From Eledone cirrhosa (Eukaryota), in contig OZ024758.1 in assembly GCA_964016885.1 (NCBI GenBank), positions 6,634,001-6,698,000 of the forward strand: a stretch of 64,000 nucleotides of DNA, given 5' to 3'. The notes beneath the pieces were generated by a model. The model was not told where the DNA came from. It ran no database searches and was given only the letters and a program-made list of their open reading frames with translations. Positions within the stretch are counted from its first letter, which is position 1. Each line of letters begins with the position of its first letter. Below are positions 13,400 to 24,000 of this stretch, one piece after another. The position numbers were made by a program, and so were the translations under genes.

Positions 13400-13690
13400 A
13401 CACCAAAAGCGAGAGGAAAAAAACAAAGGGGAAACAAAAAACGACCATCAATTCACCAAGTGCCATAATCGGCCGCACATCACACGAGTCGACGGAAATT
13501 TTTGAGGCAAGACAAGACTCTCGAAGCAATATTGCGGGTGATGGTGAGGCTAAGGCGCTGAAACAACTAGGCACCTTCACGGGCATCACATCGGTAAGAG
13601 AGACTTACGATTACCGGAACTTCGCTGTCAGCAACTTAACTCTACCAAACGTCTCGAACGCCACAAGCTGGAAAAAATGATTGTTAGATA
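13400..13690 (-). mobile_element. Decayed CRE-like retrotransposon RLE fragment
   Basis: IFFQLVAFETFG... and FQRLSL.ITR-like motif; homologous to 44100-44580. Confidence 0.6.
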
Positions 13691-14204
13691 GATCCCGGTA
13701 TTTTCGGATTTAAAAAAAAAGAATTTGTATAAATGATAAAAACGAAAACGCTTTCTTCTCACGCGAGAAAAACTGGAATAATTTCTCTCGTTGTTATTTA
13801 TGTTCGTCATAATGGAAGACATAATGGAAGCCAGTTTTAGCAACGGCAGGTGAAAAGTTATCTTCACATCAATATTAAAAAAACAAACAAGTGGTGTTTA
13901 TTGAGGAGGCACAGCAACAACCAGTATAGCTGAAGACTCAGACTCGAGAGACCGTTGACATCTTCCCATACCTGGGCAGTATCCTTCCTAACGATGGCAA
14001 CCCAAGAACTAATGTGGAAAAGATACTTTACAAAGTTACAGCTATCTTTCAGAGCTTGAAGCGCATGTGGTCCAACTCCTTCGTTAGCCAAGCTCCACAT
14101 GCAGGGGCCTCGTTTTCATCAGAATGAAAGTTTCATTCTGATGCCTGTCTTCGTGAAACCTTTGGTAAATGGAATAATTGTTTAGTGTTGTTTATTACAT
14201 AAAT

Positions 14205-14272
<68 letters not shown>

Positions 14273-14540
14273 CATGTTTAATTTAGAAATGGCTTCTACA
14301 GGATAGAACTTTTCATTCAAAGGAAATAACAGCTCTAGTCCTGCAGAAGAGCCATTTCTATATTAAACATGATGTTTACACTCTACTAATGTATTGAGTA
14401 CCTTACTAACTGTGGTTACCTCCAGTTGTACCAGAGACTCTCTCTCTCTCTCTCTCTCTCTCTCATACATACATACATACATACATACATACATACATAC
14501 ATACATACATACATACATACATACATACATACATACATAC

Positions 14541-14830
14541 GGTGGCTGCCAACTCGTTTTCGAGTACGGCCACTACTTTATATCCATGTAGGAGAACCCC
14601 TACCAATGGGCTGAACGAGTGTGACTTTTTAGTCCAGCCAGCGACTTGAAAACTCTGGTACAAACACTACACTTGTGACAATTATTGACACATAATGCTG
14701 GGCCCATGGTACCATGTGACGACAAGTGCAGAGAGATCTCCAGATATAAAGCAATGCCTGTGCCGTGAAGCTTTTATAGTGAGCAAAGGCACTGCACAAA
14801 GCCAGTCCCACTCTCTTAACCAAGATGATA

Positions 14831-14832
<2 letters not shown>
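14541..14832 (+). mobile_element. ~290-bp dispersed repeat embedded in (ACAT)n; near-identical inverted copy at 32700-32991
   Basis: ggtggctgccaactcgttttcgagtacggcc...caagatgatatt occurs in both places. A related start sits at ~1158. Confidence 0.8.
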
Positions 14833-14861
<29 letters not shown>

Positions 14862-15024
14862 CATACATACATACATACATACATACATACATACATACAT
14901 ACATACATACAATTAGTTAGCACCCCGAACGTTTAATTAGGAATATACTCAGGTATTTCCTAATGTTTGTTGAGTGAGTTGGAATTTGGCCAGAGTATCG
15001 CTTTTAGCTTTCTCCGATTATGTA

Positions 15025-15249
15025 TTTATATATATATATATATGCATCCACAGTTTTAGTATTATATATATATATATATACATATTATATATATATATAT
15101 ATTATATATATTATATATATATATATATACATATTATATATATATATATATATTATATATTATATATATATATTATATATATATTATATATATATATATA
15201 TTATATATTATATATATATATATATTATATATTATATATATATATATAT

Positions 15250-15300
<51 letters not shown>

Positions 15301-15340
15301 ATATATTATATATATATATATATTATATATATATATATAT

Positions 15341-15374
<34 letters not shown>

Positions 15375-15461
15375 ATATATTATATATATATATTATATAT
15401 ATATATATATATTATATATATATATATATATTATATATATATATATAGATATATATATATA
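15025..15461. repeat. Degenerate (TA)n/(TAT)n microsatellite
   Basis: ~430 bp of almost pure A/T alternation. Confidence 0.97.
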
Positions 15462-16675
15462 GGAAAATGTTCAAGACCCCGACGGCTATTTCAGGGACCA
15501 TAACGCACCAAGTACTCAATACTTAGGGTAGTAGAGTGGGTAATAGGAAAATGTCCAAGACCCCGAAAGTTATGTCCCTTGTGTTTCATTCTTTTATGTA
15601 ATATTTCAAAACTAGTGCTACATGTCATACACAGGGTATCTACCATGATTAACGTGGTATATTTGTTTCTACTTTTGGCACAAGGCCAGCAATTATCTCA
15701 GTGCATTACTGGTACTTTATTTTATCGACCCCGTAAGGATGAAAGGCAAAGTTAACCTCGGCGGAATTTGAACTCAGATCATAAAGGGCCGTAACTCTGA
15801 TAATTCTTGCTCTTTCACTCTTTTTCCTCTCATTTACGGCATTTATAGTTCTTTCCAATTCTGCTTTCTTTTTCTGTATATTTGACTAAATATTAAATTT
15901 TCACATTAACATTGTTATTTAATACATAATTAATATATAATTTTCAAAATTAGTATTCATTTCGTGAATTGGCAGTATCGGTAGAGGGTCGGACACCATG
16001 ATTTGACGCATAGAGTTACGGCCCTTGCCATTCTGAGTTCAAATCCCGCCGAGGTTAACTTTGCCTTTCATCCTTACGGGGTCGATAAAATAAAGTACCA
16101 GTAATGTACTGGGTAATTGCTGGCCTTGTGCCAATAGTAGAAACAATTATTTTGTATTAGCAGTACCGGTGGAGTCGGACACCATGCTTTGTAGCATAGA
16201 GTTGCGGCCCTTTATGGTCTCAGTTCAAATCCCGCCGAGGTTAACTTTGTCTTTCATCCTTACGGGATCGATAAAATAAAGCACCAGTAACGTACTGGGG
16301 TCGATTTAATCGACTTTACCCACCCCTAAAATTACTGGCCTTGTGCCTATATAAGAAACCATTATTTTGTACCAGCTCTTAGAGTTACCTTTCTTTACGT
16401 TCTGAGTTCAAATCCCACCAAGGTTAGCTTTACTTTTCATCCTTACAGACTCGACATAATAGTAACTCACTGAGTCGAAGCACCAGTAATGCACTGGGCT
16501 CGATTTAATCGACTCCCCCACCCCCCACCCCCAGCCAAAAAAAAAATTGTTGGCCTAAAATAGAAACCAATATTTTGTATAACCATTATGAAATTTAAAA
16601 GAATTAAAATTATAAGTATTTATCTATATAACATTATATCATATTACTCATGGTAGATATCCAGTGTATGATATA

Positions 16676-17055
16676 TACCATATTTCCCGGCGTTGAAGAC
16701 GCTACTTTTCTCCTAAAATAAGTCTCAAAAATGTACTATGTGTCCTGGAGGCCGAAGTTTGTTTAACATTATTTTTATCTCTGAAGGGCGGTGGATTGGC
16801 AATATCGGTAGAGGGTCGGACGCCATGCTTTCCAGCATAGTTACGTCCCTTTACGATCTGAGTTCAAATCCCGCCGAGGTTGACTTTGCCTTTCATCCTT
16901 ACGGGGTCGATAAAATAAAGTACCAGTAATGCACTGGGTAATTGCTGGCCTTGTGCCTAAAGTAGAAACAATTATTATTATTATTATTATTATTATTATT
17001 TTAAAGTACCAGTAATGCACTGATTAATTGCTGGCCTTGTGCCAAAAAGTAGAAA

Positions 17056-17101
<46 letters not shown>

Positions 17102-17164
17102 GGTTATCAAAATTTAGGGTGCGTCCTCAAGGACGAAGCATCTTCGGCGCCGGGAAGTACGGTA
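16676..17164. mobile_element. pogo/Tigger-like MITE interrupted by a family-A SINE; uninterrupted copy at 29030-29197
   Basis: TIRs taccatatttcc(c)ggcg..gaagacgc ... gc.tcttcggcgccgggaa.tacggta. Confidence 0.75.
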
Positions 17165-17319
17165 GCACTAGTTTTGAAATATCACCTAAAAGAATGAAAC
17201 ACAAATATCTTTAACACAAGGGACATAACTTATTAAATACTTATTTATTGTAAATACACAAACGAGAAATTTGCTCTGTGTAATCTTAATTTTAGTTAAT
17301 ATTTGATCTCCATTAAGCC

Positions 17320-18360
17320 CCTTTACAATTTTGCGTTGGACGAAGCACGTCTCTAAAATTGTCAAGAGGGCCGAGGGTGTCTTAGCATCACTCAGCAAGA
17401 CCTTTGTCAGCCGCTCTCCAGCTATCTATTTAAGGCTGTATATAGCTATGGTGCAGCCACACTTAAAATTTGCATCACCAGTCTGGAACCCCTATCTTGC
17501 TCAGAACATTGACCGCCTGGAAACTGTTCAGACAGAGACGTGCAACCAAGCGAATACCCTCCATCGGGCATCTACCATACTCTGAGCGCCTTGCTTCCCT
17601 GGCCATGGATACATTGAAACTCCGACCCCTGGCAACTGACTTGGTAAACTCACACAAAATTGTTAACCATCTTGCCAACAACAACCCTGAGAACCTTTTT
17701 GATTTCCATGTGTCTAACACACGTGGTCATGCCCACAAAGTCAGAAAACAGTACAGTTCCCATGACTTTCGGAAACATTTTTTCATGCTCAGAGTTGCTG
17801 AAGCATGGAACAAACTACCTGCATCGGTTGTTAACTGTCGAGACACTGCATCCTTTAAGGCCTCCATGGAACAAACTACCTGCATCAGTTGTTAGCTGTC
17901 GAGACACTGCATCCTTTAAGGCCTCCATGGAACAAACTACCTGCATCAGTTGTTAGCTGTCGAGACACTGCATCCTTTAAGGCCTCCATGGAACAAACTA
18001 CCTGCTTCAGTTGTTAGCTGTCGAGACACTGCATCCTTTAAGGCCGCCATGGAACAAACTACCTGCATCAGTTGTTAGCTGTCGAGACACTGCATCCTTT
18101 AAGGCCTCCATGGAACAAACTACCTGCATCAGTTGTTAGCTGTCAAGACACTGCATCCTTTAAAACCTCCATGCTTCCTGAGATTCGCCAACACTACACC
18201 TAATGTTCCCCCTCCATACACATACACACTTGTATATCATGACTCATACACTATTCACTTCCCTGACATTTGTGTATTATTCTATGTACCATACATGCAC
18301 CTTTGACGAGTTGTAGTGCACCTGAGCACTGTACACAATAATTTCATTATTCATATTCAT
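17320..18360 (+). mobile_element. CR1/L2-like LINE 3' end with 61-bp x6 internal array (17804-18170)
   Basis: LYIAMVQPHLKFASPVWNPY...DRLETVQ/RRATK..PYSERL...TRGH..K..FF..RVAEAWNKLP. Confidence 0.85.
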
Positions 18361-18564
18361 TATTCAACAGTAAGAAGATGGCTTGGATGGTTCAAATGAT
18401 TTCAGTTGTTGTTTATAAAGTGAGCTTGCTTGAAAGGATTGTCATTTTATCAGGACATAACAGACAGGTCAAGAAATAAGATAAAATAGGGAACATTTGA
18501 AGATTAAAAGGATGAGAATAAGTGGATAGGAAAACATTTCTAAGTATAGCCTAGGTTGAAGTGG

Positions 18565-18912
18565 ATCATCATCATCATCATCATCATCGTCCCCACCATC
18601 ATCACCACCATCATCATCACCACCATCACCATCATCACCACCACCACCATCGCCATCATCATTACCATCATCACCATCATCATCACCACCATCATCATCC
18701 TCACCACCATCATCATCATCATCATCATCACCATCATCATCATCACCATCATCATCACCACCATCAGCATCCTCACCATCACCACCATCACCATCACCAT
18801 CACCACCATCACCATCATCATCATCACCATCACCATCATCATCACCACCACCATCGCCATCATCATTACCATCACCACCACCATCATCATCACCACCATC
18901 ATCATCCCCACC
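18565..18912. repeat. (CAT/CAC)n trinucleotide repeat
   Basis: Source of the poly-His/poly-Ile/poly-Met spurious ORFs. Similar tracts at 24265-24660 (GGT/GAT) and 52825-52990. Confidence 0.95.
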
Positions 18913-19554
18913 ACATTGATCCTGGAAAGAATAATAAATATGTTAATAAATAATTGTTTCTACTTTTGGCACAAGGCCAGCAAATACCCCAGTGTATTAC
19001 TGGTACTTTATTTTATCGAACCCGTAGGATGAAAGGGAAAGTTAACTGTGGCGGGATTTGAACTCAGATCGTAAAAGGCCGTAACTCTATGCTGCAAAGC
19101 ATGGTGTCCAACTCTCTACCGATACTGCCAATCCATAAATAATACAAAATAAAAATACATGCTGATGATGATGATCATCATCATTTAACATCCTCTTTCC
19201 CTGCTAGCAAGGGTTAAACAGATCTATATAAAATAAGTCAGTACTGATGTAAGGTCACTGACCTCTGAAACAGGCCCACAGTTCTGTATCTTACTTATGT
19301 AAGGTCATATCAAGTATAGAGAAGTTGTGTCTTTGGAGACAAACAGAAGTGGCATAAGTCCAAGGTAAAGAAAAGAAAGGACAGATGAAAATGAAGGAAA
19401 GGGAGAGAATGTAAGAAAGATAGAGAAAGTGAAATAAATTTATGGTTGATGTAAAAGAAAAACTCTCAATTTCTCAAAAACCTTCACTTTTATGGGACCC
19501 TAAAATATAAGATATGGATTTAACAAAATGCAAAATCTGTCCATATATATATAC

Positions 19555-19855
19555 GAAAATCATGGGCGGAGGGTTTGAGAGCTGACTGCAGATCGCTGAA
19601 GCTCACAGAAGAGATGACGAAGGACCATGACGAATGGAGAGATGTTGTTCTGAATAGGACCTGTCCCAGGGGAAGGAAGACTACGAAAACCAAGGGCGGA
19701 GGGGTGGTGAGAGCTGACCTCAGATTGCTGAAGCTCACAGAGGAGATGACGAAGGACCATGACGAATGGAGAGATGCTGTACTGAATAGGACCCGTCCCA
19801 CCCTTGCAAGCAGGGAAATGCGGACGTAAATGATGATGATGATGATGATGATGAA
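19555..19855 (+). mobile_element. RTE-like LINE 3' tail, duplicated, ending in (ATG)n
   Basis: VVRADLRLLKLTEEMTKDHDEWRDAV occurs twice; same family as 39130-40030. Confidence 0.75.
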
Positions 19856-20192
19856 TAGTAAAAAGGGAAAGTAATATATGTATATATAAACTGTGATGCA
19901 CTCTACTAATAAACTACTAATCTACTAATTAACTACTAATCAACTAAATTAGAAAAGAAAGATGGCCTCAGTAACAGTAATAAATGTTAACCTCATTTAT
20001 TTTGTAAAGAAAAAATATTTGGTAAATAAACAGGAAATGTGAATACAGTGCTTTTCCTTTTGTTTTAAGTTAAAGTAGGTAACATTGTCTACTTATCCTT
20101 TTCTAATAAGTTAAAGTAATATTATCTACTTAAATAGCCAGAAATATCCGGCAGATAAACTTCACAGACAAACAAGTTTACTCTTCATCAAA

Positions 20193-20279
20193 ATGCGTTT
20201 GCTACCAGTTGTCTTTTTAACATTTTCCTTTCTACAAATCATCCAAGCTGAATGGCCAAGAAATGAATTTGAAGCAACT
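20193..20279 (+). CDS. MMP exon 1 (signal peptide)
   Basis: MRLLPVVFLTFSFLQIIQAEWPRNEFEAT followed by GTAAG. Hydrophobic signal; phase 0 fits exon 2. Confidence 0.82.
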
Positions 20280-20320
20280 GTAAGTTTTATTTAAATATAT
20301 ATGTGTATATATATATGTGT

Positions 20321-20383
<63 letters not shown>

Positions 20384-20979
20384 TCATCATCATTGTTTAA
20401 CATCCATCTTCCATGCTAGCATAGGTTGAACAGGATTGTCCCACTTGAGGCAAGAATGGTAGGTTGACTGTGTCTTGCTTGTATAGAACTATCTGGCAGG
20501 TTTTCTACAGCTGGATGCCCTTCCTAACATTGACCACATTTACAGTGTGGACTGGGAGCTTTTTTATCGTGTCTTCTACACGACCACTTTACAGCGTGGA
20601 CTGGGTGCTTTTTGTCGTGTCTCCTACATATATATATATGAAAAGATTGAGGACACCGATGGCTGATCTCTGACCGTTTCAACAGCTAGATCTGATCTAG
20701 CTGTCAAAACAGCCGCAGCTCAGCCGTCGGGCTCCTGAATCTTTTCATATTACCCACTCTACTACCCCAGGTATCGAGTACTCTGGTGGGTTACCACACC
20801 CTATCTGATATATATATATATATATATATAACGAAGGAAGTGTGGTAAGGAACCAGATGGACCATAACGCACCAGAGTACTCAATACTTAGGGTAGTAGA
20901 GTGGGTAATAGGAAAATGTTTAACCCCGACAGCAGAGCTGAAGCCGTTTCGACGGCTATTTCTGGACTATTTCTAGTCC

Positions 20980-21024
<45 letters not shown>

Positions 21025-24000
21025 TCTAGTTTTAAATTAGATGCCCAAACAATGCATATAAAAAATTGGGGGGCTTTTAATCCTTTAAATTTATTATTGC
21101 TTTCAAAAACTGCCTCGAAACCTATTTCATATATATATATATTTTTTTATTGGCTTAACCTTTAGCAATTACATTACACTGTATATACTATTGTATTTCC
21201 GCAGTAAAGGCTTTATCTCACATAATATTGAATCTATGAGATTTCGATATTATTTATTTGATGATGATGATGATGATGATATATACTAGCAGTGGCACTT
21301 GGCTTTATCCTAGAACAAAAGAAAGCTAGAAACCTTTCTTCTTTCTTTTTCTCTCTTTCTTTTTTCTTTTTTTTTTTTCTTTTTTTATTGGCTTAACCTT
21401 TAGCAATTACATTACACTGTATATACTATTGTATTTCCGCAGTAAAGGCTTTATCTCACATAATATTGAATCTATGAGATTTCGATATTATTTATTTTGA
21501 GATAATACCTTAATATCAGTATGAGTAGCTGGTTACAGCCAGTTTGATTGGAAGGAGGTGAGAGAATTCTGGCCAGATATGGACGGTTTAAATGCTAAAG
21601 AGTTAACTTATTATTGGGTTTTAAGAAGTTCTTTATAAGTACTGATGTTGATATAATTGTCTTCCTCCTTCCCCAAGAATTGCTAAGATTGTGTTGTCTA
21701 AATTAAAAACCATTTTTATTGTGGATTAGCAGAATCATTAATGAATCAGACAAAATGGTATTTAGTTAAGGTCTTTTACATCGCCAGTTCAAATGTTAAG
21801 ATTGACTTTGTCCGTCACTTTTCTGAGATCAATTAAATGTGTAACAGTTATATACTGGGGTCGGGTGATTTTCTGCTAGCATGTGTAGTGTGCATATTGA
21901 TGTTATACGCAAATATACATTCATATACATGATACATCAAATAAAATCATAATTGACAATATGCACAGAAATTGAACGAAGTCTGTGTTACACTCTCTTC
22001 TGTAAGCAGTAAAGTAATACATGATACATTATAAAAAGACGATATTATATATAAACTGCATATATAATAAACTAAAATGTTATGAAAACGAAAAAGGAGA
22101 AAATTGGTGACCTAATTATAAACCTTATATAACAATGTAAATATATGAATGTTTATATAAGTGATGTGATAAGTGTTATAATATACCGGATGTTAACCGG
22201 AAGTGTTAACATTTGAAAATTTTAAAGGAGTGAATCTTAAAATAAGCAATACTTTATATATAAGAATATTTATGTTTAATCAAGAGCTACGAAATCCAAC
22301 TTATTTTACTAATGGAATAAAAAAAAATATAAAACAGAGGCTGTCCCACACTCCTCCCTTTATTATAGTATAGATTATTCAAATTTCACTTGAAGAGGAA
22401 AATCAGGTGGAGAGGCAAGTGCTGTCTTCTAGTAAGTTTAATGAAAGGTGGGTAAAAGTGGCGAGTCTGGTCTGAGTGAACGGGCCCACTCTGAGTATGC
22501 GCCTGTAGACTGAGGAGTGAGAGAACTGAGAGAGGTGCTTGCCCTGGTAGTCAGGGTGGCCGTGGATTTTTGTGTGGTTTTCACCACAAGTGACCCTCGG
22601 AGGTTTCCCCCTATTGGGAAATGTTTGTCTTTTAATTTGTTTGTTTACACATTTCTGTTTTCTTGTTATAACCTTTTTTACACGGCCAAAACCCCCTTTG
22701 TATCGTCCTGTACCGTGCTGTGCCGTCTGTAATGTTTTTCTTCATGTTAGCCCTTGTGGCCAATAAAGAAACGATTATTATTATTATTGGATTAGCAGTA
22801 TCAGTAGAGGGTTGGATGCCATATTTTGCAGCATAGAGTTACGTCCCTTTACGGTCTGAGTTCAAATCCCGCAGAGGTTAACTTTGCCTTTCAGGGGGGG
22901 GGGGGGATGGTCGATAAAATAAAGCACCAGTAACATACTGGGGTGGATTTAATCAACTCCCCCACCCCCAAATTACTGGCCTTGTGCCTATACTAGAAAT
23001 TATCATTAAGGGCAGTGGATTGGCAGTATCTGTAGAGCGTCGAACATGTTTCGTGGCATAGAGTTAAGACCCTTTATGGTCTGAGTTCAAATCCTGCCGA
23101 GGTTAACTTTGCCTTTCATCCTCATGGGGTTGATGAAATAAAGTACCAGTAACAAACTGGGGTTGATTAAATCGACTCCTCCTCCTCCTCCAAAATTGCT
23201 GTCCTTGTGCCTAAATCAGGCAATATTTCTCTGTCTGGTGACAATAGCGAAGGAGGTTGTATGGTGGACCAGGCTGAAAGGAGGACCGTCTGGTGACAAT
23301 AGCGAAGGAGGTTGTATGGTGGACCAGGCTGAAAGGAGGACCGTCTGGTGACAATAGCGAAGGAGGTTGTATGGTGGACCAGGCTGAAAGGAGGACCGTC
23401 TGGTGACAATAGCGAAGGAGGTTGTATGGTGGACCAGGCTGAAAGGAGGACCGTCTGGTGACAATAGCGAAGGAGGTTGTATGGTGGACCAGGCTGAAAG
23501 GAGGACCGTCTGGTGACAATAGTGAAGGAGGTTGTATGGTGGACCAGGCTGAAAGGAGGACCGTCTGGTGACAATAGCGAAGGAGGTTGTATGGTGGATG
23601 AGGCTGAAAGGAGGACCGTCTGGTGACAATAGCGAAGGAGGTTGTATGGTGGACGAGGCTGAAAGGAGGACCGTCTGGTGACAATAGCGAAGGAGGTTGT
23701 ATGGTGGACCAGGCTGAAAGGAGGACCGTCTGGTGACAATAGCGAAGGAGGTTGTATGGTGGACCAGGCTGAAAGGAGGACCGTCTGGTGACAATAGCGA
23801 AGGAGGTTGTATGGTGGACCAGGCTGAAAGGAGGACCGTCTGGTGACAATAGCGAAGGAGGTTGTATGGTGGACCAGGCTGAAAGGAGGACCGTCTGGTG
23901 ACAATAGCGAAGGAGGTTGTATGGTGGACCAGGCTGAAAGGAGGACCGTCTGGTGACAATAGCGAAGGAGGTTGTATGGTGGACCAGGCTGAAAGGAGGA

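Noticed and set aside
18540-19032. Poly-His ORF
   Set aside because: A pure (CAT/CAC)n microsatellite with no splice context, unlike the mixed-codon His/Lys exon of the MMP.
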